Shown here: positions 43,966-59,295 of the stretch, in pieces
Numbering within the stretch: the first letter of the stretch is position 1
Layout of the letters: each line of letters opens with the position of its first letter
Translations under genes and position numbers: made by a program
Origin: the human T2T-CHM13v2.0 reference genome, Homo sapiens
DNA length: 64,000 bases
NCBI RefSeq assembly: GCF_009914755.1
Contig: NC_060930.1
Reading direction: 5' to 3' (one strand)
The notes under the pieces: generated by a model
Database searches by the model: none
What the model saw: the letters and a program-made list of their open reading frames with translations, nothing else
What the model was told of the DNA's origin: nothing

Positions 43966-44739
43966 GGGAGCTCTGTGAGAGTGTGTGTGTTCCATTTGGC
44001 GTGGCAAGGGGAGAATCTAGTGCAGTGGTTTTTATATTACACCTTTACAGTCTCTCTTATGTTATAGCTGTTTGTATATTGAGGTTGACCCATCTTGATC
44101 TCCCATCATATAATGAGTTACAACTCAAAAAGCAGTAAATTGTAAACCCTGGTCTCTCCCAATCAATGCCTGCTATTTATCTTATCTTAGGTCTCCTTCT
44201 TTTTACTGAGACAGGTTTTTTATTTTTATTTTTTAATAAACAGAGGTTCAGAAGATGAAGAACAACTTGTCATTTCATACATCAGCAACTCTGACAAATG
44301 TTTAGAAGTAAACATTTGGAACTGAAGCGAAGTTTAGTAATAATTTGGGAGTCTTACTTCCCCAGTGATACTCAGAGATTAAATAGTACTTAATTATTGC
44401 TGGGAAGGTTGTGGGTAGGGAGGACAGGAGTAATTTGTTCCAGGAGCTTTTATTGTTGTGTGGCGGGAGGTCTGAGTCCTCCCCAGGCCTTCTGCTTCCT
44501 TCCTCTGTGTTAGTCTGGCTCCAAGACTCACTCCTCTCCTCCTGACTCCCCATTCCCCCTGCCTGGCTGTGCCAGTGAGCTACCATCTTAATATTAAACC
44601 GCCTTGGGGAAGAGAGTGCCTAAAAAAATCAGAGGTAATCTACCCCCAGATATTTCGGAGAAGATGGTTGTTTTGTTCTAATGATAACTTTGAGTTATTC
44701 TCTTTCTCCTACCCCATTACACATGAAAAATAAGTATTA

Positions 44740-45560
44740 ACAATATTCAGTACAGATATTTATTGACCTGCCTTTATATACTAAGCATTGTGCTAGGCCT
44801 CAAAGCACAAACAGGAGTAAGGTCTGCTCTGTACTTGAAGAGCTTCCATTCCAAGGTGTTGTAGGAGAGGGGTAGAGTGAGGCACTTAATAAATAATAAT
44901 GTATGATATTTTGTAGTGGCAAAAGGACAGATTCACTCAGGAGGGGTCAGAGGGAGGATTTAATAGGGCTTCACAGGGAAGATAAGCATTGAACTTGGAC
45001 CTTGAATAATAAATGGAAGTCTCCCAAATGGGATTTGGCAAGAGGAGCCTTCCAAGCAGAGGAAACTGCCTGAACCAAGGCAAACAGGTAGGAAAATATT
45101 TGTAGCGTTTAGAAAGCTGAGAATCTGCCTATAAGGAAGGTTAAGTGGATTTGTGGCAGGAAGAAGGCAGGAGATGAGCTTGGAAATTTAGTCCTCAAAT
45201 GACAAGGCTAGCGGTTTCTCTTACCCCAATCTTGGCATGGGAGGGCCACCATGAGTTTTAAGCAGGAAAGTATTATGAGAGTTAATTTTTTAGAAAACTC
45301 ACTTAGGCTGTATGTAAAGAGTGGATTGATTGCAATTAGGGAGATCAAGTTGGAGCTTGCAAAATTCTTTGCAGGTGATGGGAGTGTTGCAATTTAAAAA
45401 GTGGAGATGGAAGGAAGGAGCCAGAGATGCCAGAGATAGAATTGACAGTTGATCTAAAAAAGAACAACAGCTGATTGGGTTTGCCTATGTACAAAACTTT
45501 GGAACTGGTGAAAAAAATTAGGAAGCAGATGTCTTCAGCTGGACATGTTGAGAATAGAAT
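44740..45560 (-). mobile_element. L2 fragment
   Basis: 'atatttattgacctgcc..tactaagcattgtgctagg' followed by a purine-rich body. Confidence 0.65.
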
Positions 45561-46300
45561 CTGGTATGATCAGTTTTACCTAAAGACACTTAGATTCATA
45601 TTATATAAATACTGAATTCTCAGTGCAGTGGTGATGAAGGATGCCTAGCTTTTTCCTGTGTCCATAGATTTTTAGTTGGTTTACCCACCTCCAAGAACCC
45701 AAGAACAATATAAGGGAATAACCAGTGTCATACTGAAACCACATAAAACAAATTAATATTTGATAATATTAATATTGATAAGGTAGTCAGAAATTTATTC
45801 ATATAAAAAGAACCTGGTCAAAAGTATTTAAGATAAGTTTTTCCTAAAATAGGAAAACAGGTAATTTATATTAATGAATTCTTTTAGGGCATAGAAAGAG
45901 ATAGAAAGCTTTTACATTCAGTAAGATTTGAATATCAATAATAACAGAACTGATTGAGAATAACTTAAAAAAAGAAAGACTCATTTTATTTCTGAACATA
46001 AGCACAAATAGCTTAAATAATATATAAGCAAACCAAGTCCATCAAATATACTTAAAGTTGAAATATCATGAGCATTGTTATTAAAATCAGAAGTTATCAC
46101 TATTAACATTAGACAGGTGATCCTAACCAAAGACTAGAACAAGAAGTAATCAATAACTAGATCAAAGACACAAAGGAACAAAAAAAGTATGAGTATTAGA
46201 AAGATAAAAATTTATGAGTAATTTTAGACCTAATTTTTAATAACAAAATTTCAACCAAAAATCATTTGGGCTTCTAAAAGAATTAAGGAAGGTGGTCTGT

Positions 46301-46674
46301 TGCTATACACTGAATATTTATGTCCTTCTAAAATTTATATATTAGGATTCTAACCCCAATGTGATAGTATTTGGAAGTGGTCCTTTGGGAAGTGATTAGG
46401 TTATATTGGTGAAATGGGATTAGTGCACTTGTTAATAGGATGAGTGCCCTTATAAAAGAGACCCCAGAGAGCCCCCTTGCCCTTCTGCCTTGTGAGGATG
46501 TAATGAGAAGACAGCCATTTATGCATCAGGAAGTAGTCTCTCCCCAGATACAGAATCACTGGCACCTTGATCTTGTATTTCCCAGCCTCCAGAACTGTGA
46601 GAAATAAATTTCAGTTGTTTATAAGCTACCTTGTCTATGGTATTCTGTTGTAGCAGCCCAAGTGGACTATGACA
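46301..46674 (+). mobile_element. MLT1A0 LTR
   Basis: tgctatacactgaat ... gcctccagaactgtgagaaataaa ... ggactatgaca. Confidence 0.88.
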
Positions 46675-46833
46675 CTTGCCATTCAATCAACATACAAAAC
46701 TCAAATTATTTCAAACATTATCATTTAGAGGTGGAATTTAGAAATGTAATTGATGAAAGGGCACTTTTTTAAAAAATAGCCAAAAAGCTTAGGACATCTA
46801 GCAATAAATCTAACAAAAAATGTGCAAGATCTA

Positions 46834-47296
46834 TGTATTAGTTTCCTATTGCCACTGAAAGAAATTGGCACAAACTGATGTCTTAAAGCAACATAAATTT
46901 ATTAGCTTACAGCTGTGGAGGTCAGAAGTCCCAAATAGGTTCACAAGTCTGCATTCTTTTTGGAGGCTCTAGGGAAAAATATGTCTCATTGCCTCTTCCA
47001 GCCTGTAGAGGGTGACTGCATTCTTTGACTCATGGTCCTTTCCTCTACCTTCAAAGCCAGCAATCACATTATTTCAGACTCTGCTTCTTCTCAGATATTT
47101 CTACCTCCCTCTTTCATTTTTTCAGGATTATGATGACATTGAGCTTACCCAGATAATCCAGGAGAATCCCCCTATCTCAAAGTCCTTAACTTAATCACAC
47201 CTGTAAAATCCCTTTTGCTGTGTAAGGTGACATATTCACGGTTTCCAGGGATCAGGAAATAAAAACCTTTTGGAGCTCATTATTCAACCTGCTACA
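46834..47296 (-). mobile_element. MLT1C/B-like LTR inserted into an L1 ORF2 fragment
   Basis: tgtattagtttcctattgc ... cattattcaacctgctaca. Confidence 0.85.
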
Positions 47297-47846
47297 GGAT
47301 ATATGAAGAAAATGGAGGCATTATAATGTTATGGTTAAAGATGAAGTTGCTAGCTCTGAAGTCAGACTACCTAAGGGGGAATTCCAATTCTACCACTTCT
47401 GCTTCTTTGATCTTAAGAAATTAACATAATCTTGCTAAACTTATTTTTTATTTGTAAAATAATGAAATTATCTTTCATTCCTCAGAGAGTGATTGCGGGA
47501 AATAATATGATAATCCTTATAAAGAGTTTGGCACAACTTGATAATTTAAGAAGATACTGAATCCATAAATATGAACCACATGCAATGAAAAACAATGCTT
47601 ATAAACAATAAAGAATGGTTGAGAAACAAAGTTATGTTATCAATATAAAATTTCAAGAAGAATTAAAAGGTAAAGTTCAAAAAATATCACAATGTGAAAC
47701 AAACTAAAAAGACAATAATGGGAAAATATGAGCTATAATAAAGGCCAGACTTATAGACAATACTTTCTGGAACTCCTATGATAATAGGCTTTCAGAAAGA
47801 GAGAACAGAAAAACTCAACAGAGGACATTAGAAAAGGAGTAAAAGC

Positions 47847-48156
47847 GGCCAGGTGTGGTGGCTCATGCCTGTAATCTCAGCACTTTGGGAGGTTGAGGTG
47901 GGTGGATCACCTGAGGTCAGGAATTCAAGACCAGCCTGGCCAACATAGTGAAACCCCATCTCTACTAAAAGTATAAAATTAGCCCAGCGTGGTGACGGGC
48001 ACCTGTAATCCCCGCTGCTCAGGAGGCTGAGGCAGGAGAATTGCTAAAGCTGGGAGCTGGAGGTTTCAGTGAGTGGAGATCATGCCACTGCACTCCGGCC
48101 TGGGCGACAGAGTGAGGCTCCATCACAAAAAAAAAAAAAAGAAAAAAAGAAAAAAA
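47847..48156 (+). mobile_element. AluSx-like
   Basis: Full dimer with poly(A); TSD aggagtaaaa. Confidence 0.95.
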
Positions 48157-50435
48157 AAGAGGAGTAAAATCATGTAGTTTCTCACAGCTAAACAATGGCA
48201 TTGCTCTTCTAATGGAAGAGGACTATTAACTGCTAAATTAAATGAATGTATCAGACTTTTCAATGGAAATATCAAATGCTGGAAAGCAGTGAAGTATAAT
48301 GTTCAAAAATTTGACAAAAAATGAATTTCAACCTCGAGTTTTATACCTAGCCAAACTATCATTTGACACAAAGAAAAAAATACATTTTTAGACATACAAG
48401 GTCACAGAAGGGCTACCTTCCCTGTACCCTTTTTTAATGAAGTAAAATGAGGGCATGAACTAAAGAAAAGAACTTGAGATCTAGGAATTAAAGGAATCAA
48501 CTAAGGAGAGAAATGCAGGTGGTCTCAGAATGACAACTGAGGATTAGGTCTAAAAAGCAATCAAGTTGGAGTAGAATGATAGAGATCTTGTTGATTTACT
48601 ATTTGTAGTGTGTTATCCTAATCTGAATGATCCAAAATGGTTCACTACCATGTCCAGCAGAAAGGGAAAAAGGAAAGAGGTGGGCCTTCCTTTGAGTACA
48701 TGATCCAAATGTTCACATTATTTCTGCTCACATCCTATTGGCCAAAACCTAGTCACACTTCACTGGAAGGGTAGCTCAGGCTCCTGACTCTGTGCTCATT
48801 ATTTCATTATTCTACTTTTATTCTGTGCTCTATTTCATTATTCTACTTGCTCTTGACTACTATTTATTGTTTACCATTTGCTGACACTGTGATAAATTCT
48901 TAAATAGTTTTATCTGCAAAACAGTCATATGAGGTATTATCTACATATTGCAAATAAAAATTTAGGGCCTCTGGAAGTTTAGATAATCTCCCCAACATCA
49001 TGCAACTACTAAGTAGAAGAGTTAAGACTAGGACTCTCATCTTTCTGACTTTAGTGTTCATAATCTTAACTGCTAAGTCATACTGCCTTTATTATAATTG
49101 TCAACTGATGGAATGACAGTTCTTGACCACCAAAGCTGTACTCTTGGCATCATATCTGAGGTATGCTGCACACTGCCCTGTATTGTATTACTGAGGGCTG
49201 TGGTTTCCTGATTGGATATAAAAGCTCCTTTGGGCAAAGAGCTTCTTTGTAGAATAAAGTGGAGGTGGGGAGTGGCAGTGATTCTCAGGCTGTGTGGAAT
49301 ATAATTGCAATTTCAACTATACAAATTAGGGATGTCTAGAAGCATTTTCCCACCTCTTATCTCTAGATGTGAAAGTGCCGTAGATGTGACTTAGGTGCTA
49401 ATCATTTCTCAGGTCTATTCATCTGCTTTATATTTAGATATAAACTCTTTCCAAAACTGGGAAATTCCTTCATTGATATCCTTTATTTAAATTCTGTCAT
49501 GACTTCACATCTTTTTCTGTTTTCATGGGTCTTTTGATTGGAAGGCAGATGAAGGTGGATCAGGCCCAGTCTGCTTTTTGCTGTCAAACTTCAAAATTGA
49601 TCCAGGGCCAGTCTTTGTACTATTAAGGAAGCAGCTATTAAGAGAAGGACAGTAGAGCAATGGCTGTTTTATATTCTCAGCAGGTCTGAGCAGACACAAT
49701 TTGACATCAAGGGGAAATATTTTTTAAAAAGGAAAGAAAAAAATGACTCTACTGTTTAGCATGTACTTTCTCAGAGAGTGAATGATTGTTTTATAAAGAG
49801 GTCTGTGTATGTTTGTGATTGTGTATGTGTTTGTGTGTGTAGGTGAACAAGTGCTTAAATAGGTGGAAAAATAAAAAAGAGGTAGTTGAAACTCATTTGC
49901 TGGGGAAATTTTGAAGGGCATAAGACTTGCAGTGTCCTCTTTGTATCAAGTCCTTCATTCCTCAAACCTTTTCTTCAGATGTAGAATGCCAGATACCACC
50001 ACCTACTATACAGCTGAGGCCCTCGAAGACTTTATTCTAGACCAAATTAATCTGATTTGAATTAATACACTGTTTGGGAGAAATAGGTGCATCTGGTTTG
50101 AAAACAATGGCTGTGGGCATACAGTGAAGTACCTTCCCATCAGATAGGTCTCCAGCCACGTGTGGGTTTGGGAGTGGAATGGGAAGAAGGAGGTGGTAAG
50201 GTGCAGATGTCAGGGCAGCAGAGAAAGGTCACAAGTGAGATGTGATTGTGTGAGGAGTCCTGGGAAGGTTTACTTCTTCAGATGTCTTTCCTTTGGATTA
50301 TGGGAAAAGTTGTTTACTACACACTTTCAGTTTTCCTGTACGCATAATTCCTTTTCATTTCTCCGACCCTTGGGTAATGTTGAATTCTCCTGCACAGCCA
50401 TGCGTGATAGTGTTGTTAAGAATAAAGTGAGAGTA

Positions 50436-50749
<314 letters not shown>

Positions 50750-52607
50750 TCAGTCTCAAGAGCCTGAGGGGTGTCAGTCCTCTGTGGTGCTCTAACCGTC
50801 AGGGGGAGCCCCGCTGGTAAGCAGAGACCGTGGAGCAGGCAGTATAGGAAGAACTCACAGAAACCCCACCTCTTCTTTCCCTGTACAGCAGTGGGAAGTG
50901 ATCTTTGCAAGGGGAGGGCGATGATGGGGGCGTACTTTGATATAAAGTGCTAGTTTATGTGTGTGTTTTCTGCGTTGCCATGATTTTATGACCAGTCTCC
51001 TAGTAAGATTAAAAGATTGTAAATGATTTCTTACATGAATCACCACAAAACCATATCAAGATAAAATATTACTTTTCTCTATGTATGCTCTCTACAAAAA
51101 ATACATTTTAAAGAGATTTCCTATAAGGACACTTGTACACAGAAAAAAAATTCATATGTCCTTTAACAAGTACAATTCTAGTTAAAAACCGATATACTTG
51201 GATTAGCATTTATACTGCAATTCAGAGATAACGATGTGTACATAACATATACCATGCCTGCTGAAAGCCAGGCTTGGAGAGAGTTTGTAAATAATTTAAC
51301 AGTATTCAATAGTACAGGCTGTGGAGCATCTGGAATTGCTTCCTTCTTTTTTGGATTGCACAATTTCAGGTTTGTTTTGCCATATTTCCCATTTTTCTGT
51401 CTTGTTTTGTTTGCCAAAACCACCCAGTAAGGGACAACTTAAAATCTAAAGTGTGTTTATCCTCCTGACTGCTTTGGTTCACCTTCCAACTTCCTGGCAC
51501 CAGATTACAGAAGGGAGTTTGTTCTCATCATCAAGACACACTTGTCCTGTTGAGAACTCATTCTCAGGGATAACCTCTCATTGGGGCCCCACTGTCAGAA
51601 GAGTTACTTGGCTCCATTGAAAGTGATCTTGTGCTTTTTTCCTGCTACAGTTGCTGCACAGAAGTGAGGTAGTGAAAGTCTTAAAAGTCATTTTAGGTGT
51701 TTTACCCTTCCATATTCCCCAAGTCAAGAAATCTCTGGCTCTGGATTAAAATGTTCTCTTCTCTACCCTTAGGATCCGCATTACAGTTTTAAAGTGTACA
51801 ACAGCCAATGGGTCTAACAATCTTGGAATTCTTGCCTTGTAGAAGGGGAACAGGTGTTCTTTTGAATAGGGAAATCCATATGCACAGTAGCAAAGGTCCT
51901 GTCCTTACCTATCACATCTGAGCTTTATGCAGGCAGTAACGGGTTATGGCCTCGTTACAGCCATCAACATCTTTCCTCTGTGGCCTTTCCAGGTCAACAG
52001 TTGTTCTGGGAAATGTGGTGTCAAATGTTCCTGTTTGAAGCTATTCACTTCCACAGTTTTGTTCAATGTACAGAAACTATGAGTCCACACTGACAATTAG
52101 AGAGTTTGATAGTCATTTGCTCTCTTAGTCCTGTCTTAAGCCAGTAGAATTTTTGGCCTTTGCAGGGGCAGAGAATACAGATGTGACTGTATCTTTTCGA
52201 GTCACTTGCTAGTTTGGGTCCTGTGTAGTTAAAGATTATGGGAGTATGTATACTTTCATGGGCATTGATAAGGAAGATGTTTTCAGAATGACTCCATTAT
52301 AAGGAGACATATTTCCAGTTTGCAGGCCAATTAACAATCAGAACGATTAGTCAAGAGCACATAGGCATATTCATATAGCCTTGGAATCTTCTGGGGAAAG
52401 TGATACTTGCTGCTGTAACAGACAATTCTAAAATCTCTATGGCATTACATGACAAAATATCATTTTTTACTCACATAAAGTGAGGGTAGGAGAAGTTTGT
52501 TCCACACTGTCATTTAAGAATTCAAGCTTCTTTCATATAGGACATCATCTTTAAATATGGCTTCAAAGGTTGTTGCAAATGGATATTGCTTATTGCTGTA
52601 ATAAGGA

Positions 52608-52811
52608 AGGGTTGACAAAATTTTTCCATAAAGTGCTAGGTGGTAAATATTTCTTTAATTTTGTGAGCCATGTGGTTTTGTTGCAGTTACTCAAATCTGC
52701 CATTGTCATGGAAGAGCAGTTATAGCTGTAGTTTTGTTCTATTAAAACTTTATTTACAAAAGCATACAGTAAGCTAGAGTTAGCTGTCAGCTATAGTTTT
52801 CTGATGCCTGG
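52608..52811 (+). mobile_element. MER58A MITE nested in an old MLT1 LTR (~52400-52980)
   Basis: agggttgacaaaatttttccataaag ... gctatagttttctgatgcctg. Confidence 0.75.
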
Positions 52812-53719
52812 ACTAATTTTGTCTGGGATATATTTATAATTCAGATATAGAAATAGCATATATTACTTCCACTCATTCTGTTGGCCAGAAATCAATGATT
52901 CAGTTTTAGCCTAACTGCAAGAGAGCCAGATATGTAGTTTAGTGGGGTGTCTAGAAGAAGAGTAAAGGTATCGTGGGCCCCAGGGATCTTTTCTATACTT
53001 TTCAACAGCTTAATGTGAATTGACTGTCCCTGGCAAACCAGAAGTTTCTAATACTGCAGCTTTGTGGTTAGGATGTTAGATCACTTCAAGTGATACTATT
53101 TCCTACTGTGGTTTTTGTCTAAAAAACCACCACTATGACAAAGCTCCAAAAAAGTTATTTTACAAGGTACATTGAAAATTTCACTGCTTTTCTGATTTTG
53201 GTACTGATGCTTCAGAGAACTGGAGGAAAGTTGCCTGTAGTTAAATAGAAGTAAATGGGTGCTGCCTCAATTCTCCCTGGCTGAAGGTGGAGTAGGAGAC
53301 CTTCCATAGTTGTAGCTTTTAGCAGAGACTCAACCTAAGAAAGCCTACAGGAAAGTGGTTAGTCCTCAGCAGTCTTCTTTCCTGTAACTTTTGGAGAGGG
53401 ATGGAAGATCACTGTTTATATTAGTTTTATTCCATATAATAAATAAGCTGCTAAAGAATACATTTTATTTCTCTGAAAAGAATTTTCTCTTCTTCTGATT
53501 TTTCTTTTAGCTACATCATTCTCCACCAACTGACTAGTAATAGATGCATTTTGAACTTAAAAAGCTAATAATCAAGTAAGACAGTTAGAATATAAGCCCA
53601 ATGATTTTCAAATGCAATCTAAGTTTGTCTTGAGCCATTAATGGGATGTTTTGATAATGTGCTCTTTTACCTTTCTGAGGACTAGACCTTTCCCCAGGTT
53701 AGCCCAAAACCAAGTTGTC

Positions 53720-54084
53720 CAATACAGTTTGGCTGTGTCCCTACCCAAATCTCATCTTGAATTGTAGTTCCTATATTCCCCGTGTGTTGTGGGAGGAACC
53801 CAGTGGGAGGTAATTCAATTATGAGAACAGTTAACCTCATGCTGTTCTCCTGATAGTGAGTGAGTTCTCACAAGATTTATGGTTTTATAAGGGGCTTTCC
53901 CCGCTTTTGCTCAGCACTGCTCTCTCCTACCATCATGTGAGGAAGGACATGTTTGCTTCTCCTTCCACTATGATCCTGAGGCCTCCCCAGCCATATGGAA
54001 CTGTGAGTCAATTAAACCTCTTTCCTTTATAAATTACTCAGTCTCAGGTATTTCTTCATAGCAGTGTAAGGACAGACTAATACA
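53720..54084 (+). mobile_element. THE1 (THE1C/D) solo LTR
   Basis: gtttggctgtgtccctacccaaatctcatcttgaattgtagttcc ... gaactgtgagtcaattaaacctctttcc ... gactaataca. Confidence 0.92.
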
Positions 54085-56114
54085 GTCTGTATGAGAAGTG
54101 CAGTGTTTGTTACAGACAGAATGAAAAGAGAAAGAATAAGGTAATGGTCAACTTTTAACATGCAAAATGGGATTTTTCAGTAGGTCTTGAGATCCAAGAC
54201 GACACTATTTTAAAAGTTATAGAGGGGATAATCTGAACAGAGTCCACATGGGAGGTCCATTTTGGAACTTAAAGTTGTCTACACCACCAGTGCCAACTGA
54301 CATGAGGCTGAATCACCCAGGGAATACTACCAGGCTCTGACCTAGTCAAGAGAAAACAAACTACAACCTAAACCTGTCATTGACTTCGGGTGTGATGTGA
54401 TGTGATACCAAGATAATGATGTGATACCTACACTCAGTGTGGATCCAAGGACCACATTTAGCTTCAAATTCATGTTCTCTTTCACCCATCTTCCCCTTAC
54501 TCTCAGACACCTAGAAACAAAGTAAAGGATAGAAACAGAGGGAAACACTTTTATCTAAGAGAAATTGAGTAATACCTAAAGGTACTATTAAACCGCAGAG
54601 TCAGACCTCAAGTAAACATATTGGACATTTAGGTAATTTTCTTACTAACCATTTCAGGAGAAAGGCTGATTGGATAAATCAAGAAGTTACATTTGCTCAC
54701 CACATCTGAACTGATTTGTGAGTTAAATATTTGCTATCCTGCTACACTGGTTAATGAATTAAAATTAAAAGAAAATTTAAAAAGAAAATCAGGTAAAATT
54801 TTTATTGCATTTCAAACTCTCAGCTAATTGGAAAATATTTGTATTATCTAAGCACATATACTTACATCCACTTATCCTGAAAGAATCAAGTATGATAAGT
54901 AAAAGCACTTTCTCTTAACATTTGGCAGAGAGGAAAATTGGATATATTCTAAACTTTATAATAGTATAACTCAAAAAATTTTTAAAACAATAATATACTT
55001 CATAGGCTGACTTTATGTAACTACAGTAGTTTCCTTTAAATATACAAATGTCTTTTAAAAGTATACATTGTTACAGGAAAGTTATTTTTCTTCTTGTGCA
55101 ATTGATAGCATCACAGAAAAAGGCAAATCACTACACATTTGCCTGTCATTAATATTGACTGAAATCGCAAGCCATTTTCTACCCATAAGCTTCCTGCCTA
55201 TTCTACATGTTATTACTTTGTGCCAAAGATGGAAATTTATCATAAATAAATTCAATGCATATTAAAGAGAGGAAGCATTCTCATGGCAGAGGTGGGGAGC
55301 ACTTTTTGTTTCCACTTGTTTATAAGGGAATATTTTATTCATTTCTTACTCTCTCTCCGGGGTAGCATGCAAACAGAGTCACTCAACTGTTTCTTGCAGC
55401 CCCACTCTGTCCCTCTGTCTCCATGCATATGTTTGACTTAGATGAGCCTCTCTGGGCATTTGGGAATGCATGAAGTGAGCTAAGCCTCCCTGATGAGGGT
55501 TGCCATTTCTGAGATGAAGCTCTTGCCTGGCTGCTTGCTGTAGTTGCAGCTAAAGTCTGGAGAGCTGCTGGGACCTTGTGCAAAGGCTCACGGCAGCTGC
55601 GCTATCAGGTGGCCAGCCTGGCGCTCCCTCCCTGGCCACCACTGCCTCTGACCACAGTACAGTGTAATTCAATAGAACTCAAATCTTTAGCTGCCTAGAG
55701 CAGCCAGGCAGCAAGCCCAGAGGCCCTTTCAAATCAGGGTTTTTACAGTTATTTTAATCCACGGGAGATGCCAGCATTTCTCTGCCTCCCAAAGACAAGC
55801 AAAACTGTACAAACAGATGCTAGTAAGATACAAAATCTTAAGGAGAAAGTTGAGCCAGATTCTCTCATGGGAAAAAATGAGAGCAAATGTATGTATATTG
55901 TTCATTGTGCTAATCTGCTGTATATTTTCATGTCTCAAGGACATATTCAGGTAGGAAATGATACAATAAATAAATGGTGAGTGAAAGTGTTGGATTAGGT
56001 TGGACACTAAATCACTGATAGTTAATAGTGATTTAACTCTGCTGGGTCATCCAGATTTGTCTTAGCACTAGTTATTACACAAATCTGGGAAGCAATACCA
56101 ACCACATAACCTAG

Positions 56115-56500
56115 GAAAAGCAGTACAGCGTGGTAGTTAGACCAGCACAGCTTCTGGGATCAGGCTGCCTAGGCTCAAAGCCTGCTCTGCCATTTACGAG
56201 TGATGAAAATTTGACCACATTTGTAACCTCTCTGTGCCCTCTGAGATGAGAAAGATGATGATAACTATAGTGAGGATTAAGTGAGTAAATTTATGCAAAG
56301 AATATAAAGCAGTATCTGGCACACAGTAGGTGCTATTCAAAGTGTAATCTGTAGATCAGCAGCATCTGCATCATCCAGGAGCTTATTAAAAATGCAGATC
56401 TCCAGGCCCTGTCCCAGACTGACTGCATCAGAGTCTGTATTTCAGCAAAATTTCTATTGACATTAAACATCAGAGAAGCATTGCTATGTAAATGTTGGTG
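56115..56500 (+). mobile_element. MIR with a MER5A inserted at ~56330-56485
   Basis: MIR 'gaggattaagtgagtaaa..ctggcacacagtaggtgct' followed by MER5A 'cagcagcatctgcatcatccaggagcttattaaaaatgcaga'. Confidence 0.7.
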
Positions 56501-56617
56501 TTGCTATTTCAGATTGGCTTTAACTAGCTTATGTTGTCAGGGTGAGAGAGGCACCCCTGCTGATTTGCATTTTCTTTCCAGCCTCTGAGCTCAAAGGAGA
56601 GACTTTTTCCTCTCTGA

Positions 56618-57100
<483 letters not shown>

Positions 57101-58859
57101 TAACCCCAAGTCTCCATTATTGTCTTTGCTTGTCAGCTTTATTTGATGTCTTAAATTATACACTGCATCCTGATACCTTCGCTGCTCAGTTGGAAGATTC
57201 TATGCCCAATTGCCCTTCCTGATCAAAGTAAGGAGAACATTAGGAATATATTAGGAGAAATAAAAGAGTTGGGATTATTTAACACTTCCCTCCTAGGCTC
57301 CACACTGCACAGAAACAGAAACATTTGATTTTTATAGTTGTCTCCAAGAGGCAATTTTCTAACAGAGATTTTATTGCAGAGAAGAGAGCTTGGCTTTTAA
57401 ACAATGCAAAGGTCAACAAAGCAAAATTTGCTCTGTTTATGGTATGGGTGTGACATTTGGACCTCTTAGCATCCAACATTCTATTGGCTTTAGGAAAGAG
57501 CTCATCACCACACCTGCTTGCTTTATTTCACATTAAATGGTCTTTAGTTAAGAGGTTTGGAAACAGAAATTTTCCATAGGCATTCATGCCAAGCTTATCA
57601 CAGTTCCATGATGCTTGGTCAATAATGCAATGAGAATGGATGACACCAGGATACCAGGGCCCTTGGTGTGAGGTGAATTGAAGGAATGTAATTGTATGTG
57701 AAATGGACAGAAGAAATGCTTCAAGGGCACACTGGCACCTAACTTAAAGTAGCAAAGCAGCTCTGTTGAGAGGCAGGAATTCACAGCAATAAGCCTTGTA
57801 TCCTGCCATGGATCAAATTGGAAAAGGGGAAATTCTAGTTATTTGTGGACTGTGAGATTAATGTGACTCACAAGCGATTTCAATCGTGGATGTCCAAACT
57901 GCTTGGAAGAACTGCTCAGCCATCCACAATTATTGATTGCTTCCTCTGTGTACAGCACCGTGAAAGCAGCTGAGGGACAAAAAGAAGTATAAAACCTAGG
58001 TCCTTTCCGCCAAAGAACTTACAATATACCCACATCTACATGAAAGAAAATAAAATTTTGCAGAGGTAAGTTGAAGGCTCTAAACAAATAAGACAGGAAG
58101 ATTCTTCTCTTTAGAGGGGTCAAGACAGCATGAGTGATGGATGGCTGCATGCATTTTTTGATACTTTACTGCTAACTTAGACAGAATTATCTATCTAATC
58201 ACTGGAAGAGCTGGACAACCACAGGCCATTCCACAAAGACAGGGCCTTACTGCATGGCAAAGAGCAGAACAAATGCACTCTGTCTGTAGGCAGGCATCTA
58301 GGAAAGTGAACATAGAAAGTCCGGTGGACATTAGATTACTTCATGCTGGCTTAGCACTTTCTTCAAAGCTCACCAATCAGAAAAGCTATTTCTCCTCCCT
58401 GGAAATACATCCTCTTCTCATCTGCCTACCTGCTATCATTGCCTGGAGTTTATGCTATTGTTAATTGACTCTGTAAATTGAAATCTGTGCAAGAAACCAA
58501 ATGAACAAATAAACACTGTCACCATTATTTATCTTTCTTTAAATCTGTGTTTTTGTGATGACAATGTGTATATATATTGAATGTCTATCTAGTGTTTTCT
58601 TCTCATTAAACTAGTTTTTCTGTGTTTGATATAGCATTGTAACTATAAAATAAAGCTTTAGAATAAAGATTGTATGATGTAAAAGTTGTGACCTCTTTCT
58701 CTAAGAAATATGTTACATCCTTATATTTCATTGTGGTGATTGTCTTGAAGGTCTTAATATAGATGACTGTTGGAAAGCTCCTTTCTCATCAGCCTCATTG
58801 AGAACTGTTAAAGAAACACTTATAATAAGACAAGAGAAGGCTCGGGAGAAACAAGAAAA

Positions 58860-59150
58860 CTACAGTGTTTGGACTGTTACGTGGAAGGCAGATAAGATTT
58901 ACTCTGTGGCCTCATTTCATGTAACTAAGGGCAAAGACTAGAAGTTATGTGGAGATATTTTACTTACGTAGGAGGAAAATTTTTCCAACGATGTGAACCA
59001 ATTAAATATTGAAAAGGGTTGTCTTGGGAGACTGTGAATTTTCCTTGCTTAGAAATGTATCAACCAAATCACATTTTTTTTTAAGGTTAGTTTAAGCATC
59101 AGATTGCTGGTGGCTAGATCAGAAGCTCCTAAAAGCCTCTTCTAAAACTA
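58860..59150 (+). mobile_element. L3/CR1 3' fragment
   Basis: 'gactgttacgtggaaggc..gatttactctgtgg..', 'aggaaaatttttccaac', 'ttgggagactgtgaattttcc' resemble the CR1 ORF2 end. Confidence 0.55.
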
Positions 59151-59295
59151 GTGGCCTCATTGACTGTTAGATTAATCCAGGGAATGTATAAAATATAAAG
59201 ATTACTGGATAGAGGTTATGATCCAGTGAGATTTGGGAGAGCCCCATAATGTGGATCAGAGTTTCCCAACAGGTATAATATGCCATGGATGGGCC

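Noticed and set aside
51665-51675. tgaggtagt, matching the let-7 5' end
   Set aside because: The match is only 9 nt, with no rest of the mature sequence and no precursor hairpin.
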